A stretch of DNA of 63,903 bases, filler included, from Octopus bimaculoides (taxonomy: Eukaryota): the NCBI RefSeq assembly GCF_001194135.2. It is 6 parts of 5 records of this genome, joined end to end, with 100 filler letters (N's around TTAATTAATTAA, not from the genome) between each part and the next. Parts side by side here need not be neighbours in the genome. Positions count along the whole stretch, not along the records: positions 43,429 to 54,117 come from NC_069008.1; positions 54,218 to 57,406 come from NC_068983.1; positions 57,507 to 62,080 come from NW_026419023.1; positions 62,181 to 63,903 come from NC_068983.1; 2 more parts are not named here. One strand, 5' to 3'. The position numbers and the translations under genes are program-made. Of this stretch, positions 52,253 through 63,903 are shown piece after piece. Position 1 is the stretch's first letter. The number at the start of each line of letters is the position of its first letter. Under the pieces are notes generated by a model, which was not told the origin of the DNA, ran no database searches, and saw only the letters and a list, made by a program, of their open reading frames with translations.

Positions 52253-53122
52253 TTACCAGAAATATGGTTTCACAGCTGTGTAAATATGTCTGTGCAATGT
52301 TAAGTGACTACTTTGAGAGAATGATTTAACACAGATATCACAGTGATATGATTCCTCTCCTGTGTGAATACGTGTGTGTCTAGATAACTTACCAACTTCA
52401 GAAACTGATTTACCACAAATATCACAGTGATATGTTTTCTCTCCTGAGTGAATACGTTTGTGCAATGATAAGTGACTACTTTGAGAGAATGATTTACCAC
52501 AGCTGTCACAGTGATATGGTTTCTCGCCTGTGTGACTTCTTTTGTGTTTAGTTAAATCACCGCTATGGCAGAAGGATTTACCACAAATATCACAGGGATA
52601 TGGTTTCTCTCCTGTGTGTATACGTGTATGTAATGTTAAGTAACTACTTCGAGAGAATGATTTACCACACATATCACAGTGATATAGTTTCTCTACAGTA
52701 TGAATATGTTTGTGTTTAGTTAAATCACCACTATCGCAAAAGGATTTACCACAGATATCACAGTGATAGGGTTTCTCTCCAGTGTGAATGCGTTTGTGTC
52801 GAGTTAATTGACATGTTTGAGAGAATGATTTACCACAGATATCACAGTGATATGGTTTTTCTCCTGTATGACTTCTTTTGTGTACAACTAAGCAACCACT
52901 TTGAGTGAATGATTTACCACAGATATTACAGCAATATGGTTTCTCTCCAGTATGAATACGTTTGTGTTTACTTAAAGCACCACTTTGAGAAAATGATTTA
53001 CCACAGGTATCACAGTGATAGGATGTTTTCTGTTTCTGTTCGTTTATATCACTGGAAAAATCAATACTTTCAATCTGTAATTTAGATTCAAACTTATTCT
53101 CACATAATTCATTTTCCATCAT
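52253..53122 (-). CDS. C2H2 (Kruppel-type) zinc-finger protein, 289 aa, 8 intact fingers plus 1 degenerate
   Basis: Repeated YxCxxCGKSFxxxxxLxxHxRxHTGEKP after a short acidic N-terminus; no KRAB-like domain. Confidence 0.95.
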   Translation of the reverse strand: MMENELCENKFESKLQIESIDFSSDINEQKQKTSYHCDTCGKSFSQSGALSKHKRIHTGEKPYCCNICGKSFTQSGCLVVHKRSHTGEKPYHCDICGKSFSQTCQLTRHKRIHTGEKPYHCDICGKSFCDSGDLTKHKHIHTVEKLYHCDMCGKSFSRSSYLTLHTRIHTGEKPYPCDICGKSFCHSGDLTKHKRSHTGEKPYHCDSCGKSFSQSSHLSLHKRIHSGEKTYHCDICGKSVSEVGKLSRHTRIHTGEESYHCDICVKSFSQSSHLTLHRHIYTAVKPYFW

Positions 53123-53475
53123 TGTTCTTTCCTCACTACAATTTCCAGGTGTTTATCTTCTTCACATTTATATATTCTATTGTTAATAAATATTTATACT
53201 ACTGTGATCGTTGCTGATATATGATGTAGGTTGTAAATCCTTTTATAAATCCATTGAAGTTCATTTCAGATGCAAAATAATCTTGTACACATTCCAGACA
53301 GTCAAGAAAACAATTGTTGTTATCAATCTGAGTTCAAGAAAAATGTTTGGTTGTAATATTCCAAAGATTTATATAAGGAGAGTTATATGTCTTCTGAATA
53401 ACATTTTCCTTTGAGTCTATAAACAAGAATATTGATGATGTATACAATTCTTAGTTGCCAATGTCATTTGTTATT

Positions 53476-53505
53476 CTGAAACAGTAGAGAAAAAAACAGA
53501 ATAAG
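53476..53505 (-). promoter_or_regulatory. Putative splice acceptor for the ZNF coding exon
   Basis: Minus strand TTATTCTGTTTTTTTCTCTACTGTTTCAG, ~350 nt upstream of the ATG. Confidence 0.5.
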
Positions 53506-53597
53506 ATAGAAATTCTAGTATACTTCTTATATTATATTATAATTGAACTGCTTCCCTCTATTTTCAAGATGTAGATAAATAAATGTGTAGTACAGGA

Positions 53598-53740
53598 ATG
53601 GGTGTGTGGTAAAGAAATTTATTTCCTAACCATATGGTCTTGGTTTCAATTCCACTTTGTGCAACTGACTTCTACTATAGCAACAAGTGAACCAAAGCCT
53701 TGTGTGTAGACTTGGTAAATGGCACCAGTGTGGAAACCTT
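53598..53740 (+). mobile_element. SINE family C, 5' part (degenerate)
   Basis: Homologous to 46110-46260. Confidence 0.65.
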
Positions 53741-53749
53741 TTGTGCGTA

Positions 53750-53782
<33 letters not shown>

Positions 53783-53867
53783 TAGGGACAAAATCCAAAA
53801 TTACAGGTAAAAACTCAATTAAAATCAATTTATAAAAAATCAAAATTAAATTGAGCTTTATAGATTA

Positions 53868-53958
53868 CTAGCAGAAATACCCGGCGTTGCCCGGGTTAAA
53901 GAGAATAATGAAATCTAAAAACGCCGTCTAGACTACGCATCATCTTTATATATAGAGA
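53868..53958 (-). mobile_element. 91-bp non-autonomous Helitron
   Basis: Minus strand A|TCTCTATATATAAAG...CCCGGGCAACGCCGGG TATTTCTG CTAG|T: 5' TC, 3' hairpin plus CTAG, A|T target, no TSD. Confidence 0.8.
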
Positions 53959-55704
53959 TGTATATACACACACGCACCCAAACACACGTATATATATGTA
54001 TATCAATATAAATATATGAAAGTCAATGAAGTTTCGTAAAAGAAGGTGATCACGTACATACTTTCTTGCTGTTGTGATTATAACACCTCATTGTAAACTA
54101 TGTTCCTTGTTTTCCCTNNNNNNNNNNNNNNNNNNNNNNNNNNNNNNNNNNNNNNNNNNNNTTAATTAATTAANNNNNNNNNNNNNNNNNNNNNNNNNNN
54201 NNNNNNNNNNNNNNNNNTATGAATTTATTTATATCTATCTATATATTTATGTATATACATTTATATACACGTGTATATGTATATATATACATATATATAT
54301 ATACATACACATAAATAAATATATGAATTTATTTATATCTATCTATATATTTATGTATATACATTTATATACACGTGTATATGTATATATATACATATAT
54401 ATGGACATACACAGATGTTTGTATTTTCATGTTTGTGTATGTATGTATATGCATTGGGTGTCTTTTTACCTCCGTTGCATTTCTAAACGTAAACACTCAC
54501 GATATGTATTAATATTCAAATATATTAATATATATCCACATTTACACACAGACACACACACACACATGCGCGCGCGCATAGTCACACGCACTTGCACGCA
54601 CTTGCACGCACACACTTACACACGCGCTCATTATATTCATAGCAATGAATTTTATTCACAAGTATCAATGACGCATTACGTTGATAAAATGTTACTTTCA
54701 TCATATGAGAGACTGAGAGACCCAATGTCTGCACCGTTGTCTAGGACGCAACTCTATCAGAATTTAACTCTTCCATATTTACCAGTGCCATCTATTTCTC
54801 AACTGTGTAAAATGCTGCAAATAGATTTAAACGCCTGTTCGGAGAATATAATGCAGTAGGCAACCGTATATGCCAAATTTTCGCGATACGAGGTCACGTG
54901 CAGTTATCCAATCCATTTGACTCTGCTAGTCTACACGATAAGAAAGTAAACATTCCTAAATATTTCAGTCGTTTATTGATTACATACTGTATCACCTCTG
55001 ACGTTTGAGCTATCCTTATAGTTTTTCACTATCTCGATGGAATTCCAGTATAAGTTGCCAATCTTATTGTAAACTCTGCCTTTTGTTAAGACTTTCAAAG
55101 CCATACCATGCTTAGCATGTTTCTGTTTAAAGACAGCGCATTTGCTATTCCTCGCTCTCACACTTTCAACAATGCACTTTTAATTAACCACCCAATTCTT
55201 CATGATTGAATTGCAGAACTGCTCTGTCGATTTGCCAATACTTTTATCTGTATTCTGAAATAATGATTCTCCAAATTCTATCCTCTGAAATATATAGTAT
55301 TTCATTTCCTTACTACCAATTCACCTATAGGAATTTCGTTCCCAGAGAGTGATGGACGGTTTAGTAAAGAATAGTAAATCGCTGTTCTCCTTCCGTCCGA
55401 GCTACGTTCCATGTAAGATTTCAGTGTAGTGAGAAACAAATTATTGGTTAGCAATGTAATTTTAAACCACGTCGGCTGGACGATGTAGAGGAAATATTTT
55501 GTTATGAGTTCAAACTCCCGTCAAGATCGACTCTGTGTGTGTGTGTGTGTGTGTTTTTTATTTTTTATCATTGTTGAGTTGATTAAATAAAATAATCAAG
55601 TTTAAGGGTCGATTGAATCAATTTTTATTTAATTTGTTCTAATGTCTCCGTGTAAAACGCCTATTTTCGGGTATTCTCCCGATTCGATACTCTTGTAGCA
55701 AATG

Positions 55705-55871
55705 AAATCATCATCACCATCATTATCATCGTCGTTCTCATCGTCGTCGTCGTCGTCGTCGTCGTCGTCATCGTCATCATCATCATCATCATCATCATCG
55801 CTGGCCTCGTGATAGTCATTACCCTCGTCATCGTCGTCCTGGTATTGTTGTTGTTATTATTATTATTATTA

Positions 55872-55906
<35 letters not shown>

Positions 55907-55920
55907 TTCATTATCATCTT
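55705..55920 (+). repeat. Compound (TCA)/(TCG)/(TTA) trinucleotide repeat
   Basis: Directly visible. Confidence 0.9.
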
Positions 55921-56177
55921 CTTTCAATTCTGTTTCCATTTCCTGCCAAGTGTCTTCCAAGCACCCAGGCCAGAGAAACGCGCCGTATACATTGGTAGGC
56001 CATTAAAATAAACACACCAGATTGTTCATTTACAGAGACATGTGATAAAGAAAGAGGGGTAGAAAGACAGAGAGAAAAAGGAACACATAAAAAGTAAACT
56101 AAGAAAATAAAGGGGAATAAGGGAAATTATTATCATTATTATTATTTTTTTTATTATTATCATTATTATTATTGTTA

Positions 56178-56390
56178 AGGCGGCAAGCTGGCAAAATCAT
56201 TAGCATGCCGGACAAAATGCTTAGCAGCATTTCGTTCGTCTTTATGTTCTGAGTTCAAATTCCGCCCAGGTCGACCTCACCTTTCATCCTTTCAGGTTCA
56301 GTGAAATAAGTACCAATTGTGAACTGGGGTCGATTTAATCGACTAGCTCCTTCCCCTAAAATTTCAAGCCTTGTGCTTATAGTACAAAGG
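56178..56390 (+). mobile_element. SINE family B
   Basis: Homologous to 15360-15570. Confidence 0.85.
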
Positions 56391-56400
56391 GTTATTATAC

Positions 56401-56786
56401 TCTTTACTCTTTTACTTGTTTTAGTCATTTGACTGCGGCCATGCTGGAGCACCGCCTTTTAGTCGAGCAAATCGACCCCAGGACTTATTCTTTGGAAGCC
56501 TAGTACTGCTTTTGCCGAACCGCTAGGTTACGGGGGCGTAAACACACCATCATCGGTTGTCAAGCGATGCTGGGGGGACAAACACAGAAACACACATATA
56601 CACACACATACATATATATATGTATATATACATATATATGACGGGCTTCTTTCAGTTTCCGTCTACTAAATCTACTCACAAGGCTTTAGTCAGCCCGAGG
56701 CTATAGTAGAAGACACTTGCCCAAGGTGCCACTCAGTGGGACTGAACCGGAACCATGTGGTTGGTAGGCAAGCTACTTACCACACT
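56401..56786 (-). mobile_element. SINE family C, near full length
   Basis: Reverse complement of 46110-46497. Confidence 0.9.
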
Positions 56787-57506
56787 GACACATCTAAACA
56801 GAGTTTCCTACAAGACAATGTCGACGACGACGAACAGTTGGAGGGGTGTTGTTATATTCATGCGAGATGTCTTTCTGCAATTCTGGGTCAAACGCACACC
56901 GAGGTCGTGCCGAGATACAATCCTGGGTCAAATGCACATCGAGGTCGTGCCCTTGAAATCTGTTGGACCATTTGGTCGGTGGAAAGTCAACCTTTTGCAG
57001 TCTACTGAAGTTTAGTGGAGGTTGTAAGTGACTATGGCTGGCCAAGGAACAATTCTGGGCGTCGACAACGTCTGTTTGAATCGCATGAGAGCTTGCAAAT
57101 CGGGGATTGTGGATACAATTTAATGTCCTTGCCTTGATAGTACTGCAATCTAAGGCATTGCTTTTAAGGATATGCAATACAGTTTGGCCATATTAAAACC
57201 ACTAGCTATCAAACCTTTCCGAGATACGTACCAGGTGAATTGCAGTTCTGTAGGTTTTTATCGAACGTTGTATGGCATATTTCATCTTAATTTCGATCGT
57301 TTTGTCAATTTTGGTAGGGATGTACGAGAGTAAAATAGCTATGACATTGTCATATACACCTTACATAATTTTTCAGTTCAAATTCTGTGCGTTCTCCAGC
57401 ATGGTCNNNNNNNNNNNNNNNNNNNNNNNNNNNNNNNNNNNNNNNNNNNNTTAATTAATTAANNNNNNNNNNNNNNNNNNNNNNNNNNNNNNNNNNNNNN
57501 NNNNNN

Positions 57507-57660
57507 GTGTGTGTGTGTGTTTATTCCCCCCTCCATCGCTTGATAACCGATGTTGATGTGTTTACGTCTCCGTATCTTAGCGGTTCGGCAAAACACACTG
57601 ATAGAATAAGTACCAGGTTTACAAAGAATAAGTCATGCGCTTCGATTTATTCAACTAAAG
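57507..57660 (+). mobile_element. SINE family C, 3' part
   Basis: Matches 46295-46440. Confidence 0.75.
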
Positions 57661-58544
57661 NNNNNNNNNNNNNNNNNNNNNNNNNNNNNNNNNNNNNNNN
57701 NNNNNNNNNNNNNNNNNNNNNNNNNNNNNNNNNNNNNNNNNNNNNNNNNNNNNNNNNNNNNNNNNNNNNNNNNNNNNNNNNNNNNNNNNNNNNNNNNNNN
57801 NNNNNNNNNNNTTTAATATGTACAGTTTGTTCGTTAAGAAATGCTTTATTTGTTACCATAGTAACCGAATAATTTTACGAAAAGTTACAACTTCTGTAGA
57901 TGACATTGATAAACATTTGCACACACGCACGAACGCACGCNNNNNNNNNNNNNNNNNNNNNNNNNNNNNNNNNNNNNNNNNNNNNNNNNNNNNNNNNNNN
58001 NNNNNNNNNNNNNNNNNNNNNNNNNNNNNNNNNNNNNNNNNNNNNNNNNNNNNNNNNNNNNNNNNNNNNNNNNNNNNNNNNNNNNNNNNNNNNNNNNNNN
58101 NNNNNNNNNNNNNNNNNNNNNNNNNNNNNNNNNNNNNNNNNNNNNNNNNNNNNNNNNNNNNNNNNNNNNNNNNNNNNNNNNNNNNNNNNNNNNNNNNNNN
58201 NNNNNNNNNNNNNNNNNNNNNNNNNNNNNNNNNNNNNNNNNNNNNNNNNNNNNNNNNNNNNNNNNNNNNNNNNNNNNNNNNNNNNNNNNNNNNNNNNNNN
58301 NNNNNNNNNNNNNNNNNNNNNNNNNNNNNNNNNNNNNNNNNNNNNNNNNNNNNNNNNNNNNNNNNNNNNNNNNNNNNNNNNNNNNNNNNNNNNNNNNNNN
58401 NNNNNNNNNNNNNNNNNNNNNNNNNNNNNNNNNNNNNNNNNNNNNNNNNNNNNNNNNNNNNNNNNNNNNNNNNNNNNNCCACCTCGGAAATTGCCGGCCT
58501 TGTGTCAAAATTTGAAACCAATAATGACGTATATTAAAATAGGC

Positions 58545-58660
58545 GCGGAAGTGACTGTGTGGTAAGAAGCTTGCTTCCCAAGCACATGGTACCGNNNNNN
58601 NNNNNNNNNNNNNCTTGTGAATGGATTTGGTAGATGGAAACTGAAAGAAGCTCGTCGTGT
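58545..58660 (+). mobile_element. SINE family C, 5' part
   Basis: Matches 46110-46270 across a small gap. Confidence 0.7.
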
Positions 58661-59289
58661 ATAAACATATATATATATATATATACACATACACATATGC
58701 ATATATATTTTATTAAGANNNNNNNNNNTATATATATATATATACACATACACATATGCATATATATTTTATTAAGACTAGGAACTAAATTCCCTTAAGG
58801 GATGTGAGCATCCTAGTTCTCCAGTTTATACCACCATTCAGTGAAAACCAAGTATATGAGTTTATCATTGAAATGTATAGGTATTTATAAAACTTTATGA
58901 ATGAGAAAATGAAGAAAATGGATAAAATTGACTTACAGAAGTTATTTATTTAAAGACAGGGAAATTCATTCAGAGAAATTCCTGCCTACAGCTGTTTCCA
59001 CACCCAGTCATTTCGATTATAGAAATAAAATTCAATTCAATTTCCCATATTTGAAACCAGTCAATTGGGTATTTCCTTAGGGAGTATTTCAAAAGGAAGT
59101 CACATTTCTATGTGTAGGCTAACCTACTACAAACCCAGATGTCTTACACACTTATACATACATTTATATATACATGTAGATAGATAAATATATATGCATT
59201 TATATATAGATGTCTCTCTCTATATATATACACACAAACACATATATTTAAGTATACATATATATACATAGACATCTCTCTGTATATAT

Positions 59290-59758
59290 ATCTTGAACTA
59301 TTTGTACCAAAGTCTTTGAAGCGCTCTCGGTTGAACAAGCTACACTAGTACTGTACTCAAACTTTACTCCCTCTTTAATATCCTTAAAAACTGTTTCCAA
59401 CAGTATGGAGAAATAGAAAGCAAATAAGAGTAGTGCAAGAACACAGTCCCATTTGAGACAGTGAATGAATCTGACGCTTCCCCACTAGATCTGACAGAAG
59501 CCGTCATCCCTTGATGGAAAGAAATTGTGACATTGAACATCTTTTCTGGAACACCTAACTTTCTAAGGCAACCCAAAAAAGCATACCTAGATTCGGTGTT
59601 GAAAGCTTTAGTTAGATCTACAAAAGTGACAAAAAGGTCTCACTTGTGCTCACAAGCCTCTTCCTGCAGCTGCTTTAGGCTAAAAATCATACCCACTGCT
59701 TCTGCCAACCCAACATCCATACTGAGATTCAGGCAGCACTATGCTGGTAAGGGCATCA
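59290..59758 (-). pseudogene. RTE/BovB-like RT N-terminal fragment
   Basis: LPESQYG, LKQLQEE, FVTFVDLTKAF, KLGVPEKMFNVTISFHQGM and LFNRER pieces. Confidence 0.82.
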
Positions 59759-59980
59759 TCTATATATATAATACAGAAGATGTCTGTCTGTTTGTCTGCT
59801 GTCTGTGTAACTGCATGCATTTCTACATTTTACAATCTATTTGCACCAAATTTCTTACATAGATTTTTAAAGTTTTATTACGCATCATAGGCTATTTTAT
59901 TTTTCTGTACATCGTTTGTACCCCCCACCCAGCGATAGATAACCCCCTTAAGCCTCTCTCTTGGGAGTTAGCAGTACTAG
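59759..59980 (+). mobile_element. 222-bp non-autonomous Helitron inserted into the RTE fragment
   Basis: A|TCTATATATATAA...weak hairpin CTCTC-TCTT-GGGAG...CTAG|T. Removing it rejoins the minus frame NYRNYGTFMHDALTSIVLPESQ. Confidence 0.65.
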
Positions 59981-60683
59981 TGCATAAAGGTCCCATAATT
60001 CCTGTAGTTTACCTTCCATCTTCACCAAAATTATTCTTTTGTTTGCTTATGGCCTACAAATAATGTTGCAGGCATTGCACTTGCACACAAATTCAGGTAG
60101 GGGACCCCTTGGGGAGGAAGCGGGTGTATAAAGCAATTTTGATGAATGCTGAAGTTGATATCATCAATGAAACAAAATGTCATAACTGCTTGAGTTGGCA
60201 TATGGTTCCCACGAAACAAGACGTATTGATTACCCATGGCTTACAGAGGAAAGTGAACAAGTGAACTTTTACTTGAACTTATCAAGAGGACCTGGGAGGG
60301 TGAGCAGTAAGCCCCTTCGACTTATCTATTGAAGTTCACATTAATACTGTATTAGTACCTGATAACCTTTGAAGCTTACGATCAATTTTAACTTTACGGG
60401 ACATATTTGTTACCCATTGCCTAAAGATGATGTTGAAGATTCTGTCTATACCTGGAACAAGCAAGGAGAGCCCCTCACAGGGGGCAGTAAGCCCCAGTGA
60501 GTCATTTATTGAATTTGGCTATTGTAATGCAGCAAAGGATCTTAGCTTCGATGACTGGTAGTCCTATAAAACGAATTTCGACTTAATTGTAATTCATTTA
60601 CTACAGATGGAGATACAGTGAGGCACATTTACTTCCATTCCAATTCAGCAAGAGGACCCCCTTTGGGAAAATGAACCTAAATC

Positions 60684-61500
60684 ATGCAATGGATTCTAAA
60701 CAACTTCTCACATGCATCGAAGGCTTTTGGTCTGAGCATCAGTATCAAGAAACATGAGCTTGTCCATCAGCCCATTCCTCACCATCTTCCTGCCGTTGCC
60801 CCTAATGTATATGTTGATGGGAAAACATTAAAAACTGTTTCCTCCTTCACTGATTTTGGTTCCATTGTGTCCAATGATGCTAAGGTGGATAAAGAAATTG
60901 AGTCCAGAATCAGGAAGGCTAGCTCCACTTTCGGTAAGCTTCATCACAGGCTATGGAACAGCTACGACGTATCATCGAAGGTGAAAGTTAATGTATATAA
61001 GTTGGTGATCTTGACAACATTGCTTTATGGTGCTGAATCTTGGACTTTGTACTGAAAGCACATCAACCAGCTCGACACTGTTCATATGTGATGCTCGTGT
61101 ACTATCTCCAACATGAAACTGAGTGACCATATTCATAACAGTGAGGTGCCAACAAAGTGCAGCACATCAAGTATTGAAGACACCCTCATCAAAATACAGC
61201 TTAGATGATCAGGTCATCTCTCACGTATAAGTGATGTCAGAATTCCAAAACAAACTTCTCTTTGGCCAATTCCCAAGTTGGAAGGTCACCTTTGCACTTC
61301 AAAGACAAACTAAAAGACAATCTGAAGAAATGCAACATTCCCTTTTCTTCCAGAACTCAGGACCTGGTGCCAGTTCAAAGATTTGAGTGAAGTTGACTCC
61401 AACACCAGGACCAACTTCATGCAAGCATGAAGGCATGCTGGCAAATCATTGCTCCAAAATGGAAACCTTACCTGTCATTGTGGTTTTGTGACATGAACCA
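60684..61500 (+). pseudogene. RTE/BovB-like RT C-terminal fragment
   Basis: AFGLSISIKK, EIESRIRKASSTFGKL, LLYGAESWTLY, QLR*SGHLSRISDVRIPKQ. Confidence 0.88.
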
Positions 61501-61557
61501 AAGCAAGCTTAGCTGTCCACTCAAGATACATTCGCATATATTTACATACTAAAACTA

Positions 61558-61895
61558 CCCCCTGAGTTTACTGATAGGACTTGCTTTCTATTTTTGTGTC
61601 TACGTATAAGNNNNNNNNNNNNNNNNNNNNNNNNNNNNNNNNNNNNNNNNNNNNNNNNNNNNNNNNNNNNNNNNNNNNNNNNNNNNNNNNNNNNNNNNNN
61701 NNNNNNNNNNNNNNNNNNNNNNNNNNGTATAAGCTTTTTACCCGTCTATACTTTTTACTAGGATTTTTATATTTTTATATATTTTTTTTATTTTTTTATT
61801 TTTTACATAATTATAGAGTTAATGTTTTTGTATTTTCTCCACACATATTTTTCTGTTTTCTCCCCTCCACCCTNNNNNNNNNNTTTTTCCTGTGC
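61558..61895 (-). repeat. Second copy of the 24159-24447 dispersed repeat
   Basis: Reverse-complement similarity visible around the gaps. Confidence 0.75.
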
Positions 61896-63179
61896 CATAC
61901 CAACAATCCAACAATCCAACATACCTCCATCATCAGCTACCCCATGGATATCATTATGGTATCGACACCTGGGCAGTACCATTCAATCTGGCATATGTAT
62001 ATATACTCGGAGTTTTATCATGACTACCGAATAATTGTCACACATTATATTTACAGATAAATTCTTCTATTTACATAATANNNNNNNNNNNNNNNNNNNN
62101 NNNNNNNNNNNNNNNNNNNNNNNNTTAATTAATTAANNNNNNNNNNNNNNNNNNNNNNNNNNNNNNNNNNNNNNNNNNNNATATATATATATATATATAC
62201 TTAATTACGTGCATTTTTATGCATGCATGTACTTATACTTGTAAGCACACACATACACACGCACACGCATACACACACACATACGCACGCACACACACAT
62301 TAGAAAAAATCAAAGAAAATGGCTAAAGAAATCAACAGCTGAAAAGATATCTATAAATATGAAAAGGTGTTAATGAAATAGATTAAAATATATCAGATAC
62401 ATTTCAGAAGATTCTGGATAAAAAAATTACTATCTTGGTTTGAAGTTGACCAACATTACTTAAAAATTACTTTAGCTGGAGTAATTTAGACACTATTAAT
62501 GAAATAAGATTTATTTTGAGGAGATAAAATTGCGAAATTTCTGAGATACTTCTACATGAACCATAAATATATTTAAATTTGAATAGATTTATACTGGCAA
62601 TGTGTGTTATAGAGCCAGGAGGAAAGTTAAGCATATAACACAGTTTCCATACCTGGTTGAAGATGTTTTGATATTTAAATAATAATTTCGGAGTTGTTCT
62701 TGTTTTGCAAGTGACTAGATGTGGTGTTGGCATCGTTCTCTTTTTAAAAATATTACAGTCATTGCTGTGTAGTTTACAAGTTTGGTTTTCAAAAACGTAA
62801 CTGTGAGTTCAGTTACTTTGTATGTTATATTGACAAAGTGCATTATATTATGGACTAGGGATATTTTCCCTGTCGAACATAGAAGGCAGAAGCTGTACAG
62901 AACCCGTCTTTATGTGTGTCAGTGTGTATGTGTATATGTATATGTCACATTTTAAGTATATTATTGGCATATATATTATACACATGCATATGTATATATT
63001 TAGCGAAAGAATATAGGGCATAGCCTTATACATCAGAGGGATGACTGAAAAGGAAAAATAATTACTGTATTCCGCCTGAATTATGCAGACAATCTTTTCT
63101 TTAGTGTCGCCTTCAAAATATAGGACTCAAGTGATCGGTCTGTTAGTAATACACTATCAAGCGACGGAGCCTTTTCAAC

Positions 63180-63705
63180 AAATGCAATATCCAATATGTC
63201 GAGTAAATTACCTCAATTTAAAACTGACATCTCTATATTCATATTTTTAGATGTTGAGTGAAACCTTTCAGCACTTTATATAACACTGTAACAGGGGCTT
63301 TGATGGTCATTTTTGATCATGTAGCTTCACAAATACATGGAAAGATCTTTTTTTATTAACACTGCCAGCAATAACCCTGAGGGGCAGTAAACCAATGTCA
63401 TTCACTGTAGTTGAGGTCAGCTGCCAAGCGCATGTGAATATACGATCAAAAGTTCAAGAAAAAGAGTACATTTATGGCGAATTAATGTGGAACTTGTATC
63501 TCTTGTATCCTGACTATGAATTCTCATTTGTACCTATCATCATAAATGCATTACGTTATGCACCAACAAATGTTCGCAAAAAACCTAGAAATACTCGGTT
63601 TCGTGAATAATGTGCAAAAGAAGCTGGCGCGGATTCTCCAAATCCAATCTATCCATTAGTGATAAACTGAAGATTTGTAAGACATTCCAAAAATTCTCCA
63701 TGTGA
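63180..63705 (+). pseudogene. 3' end of an RLE-type (R4/NeSL-like) non-LTR retrotransposon: restriction-like endonuclease
   Basis: VVEVSC...N...K..EKEYIYGELM.NL.LLYPDYEF.F.PIII.AL.Y, then after frameshifts ILQIQSI and LKICKTFQKFSM*. An upstream NNPE sits at the expected PD position. Confidence 0.7.
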
Positions 63706-63903
63706 GATTTTTATGTGAATATATGCACACACTTAGGTGTTTGCATCGACAGTTCAACCGACACATCAACTCAACCACATATTTGCAAACACCGGGATTT
63801 CTCTTAACTCAAGTTAGTGACCAGCTTGAACTCTCTCAAGAAGAACTTAAATAAAACTCAAGGAAAAATCATACATACATACATATATATATACATATAT
63901 ATA

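Noticed and set aside
52080-52509. Small ORFs overlapping the ZNF in other frames or on the other strand
   Set aside because: They are shadows of the 84-bp finger repeat.

Overview
This is a gap-rich, AT-rich, microsatellite-dense animal genomic window. I infer octopus/coleoid cephalopod from the style of the C2H2 gene and the SINE families; this was not checked against a database. The only convincing host gene is a single-coding-exon C2H2 zinc-finger gene (52253-53122, minus) with 8 intact fingers and a decayed finger tail. Almost everything else recognisable is mobile DNA. (1) A Penelope-like remnant encodes a GIY-YIG nuclease but no RT, and is bracketed by ~295-bp inverted repeats that carry a type-I hammerhead ribozyme motif. 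(2) Three RT-bearing copies of an RTE-like LINE have a C4HC3 PHD finger inserted inside the RT domain. (3) There are two other RTE lineages and an RLE-type LINE 3' end. (4) DNA elements include a near full-length hAT with TIRs, a second hAT fragment, a TTAA-flanked piggyBac nested in an RTE fragment, a Tigger/pogo-like end and non-autonomous Helitrons (one only 91 bp). (5) Three tRNA-derived SINE families are present in many copies. Other structures include a 382-bp near-perfect palindrome, a fold-back with hammerhead 3' halves, and a palindromic minisatellite. Most ORFs in the supplied track are artefacts of N-runs and simple repeats. Family assignments come from motifs recognised by eye, not from searches.
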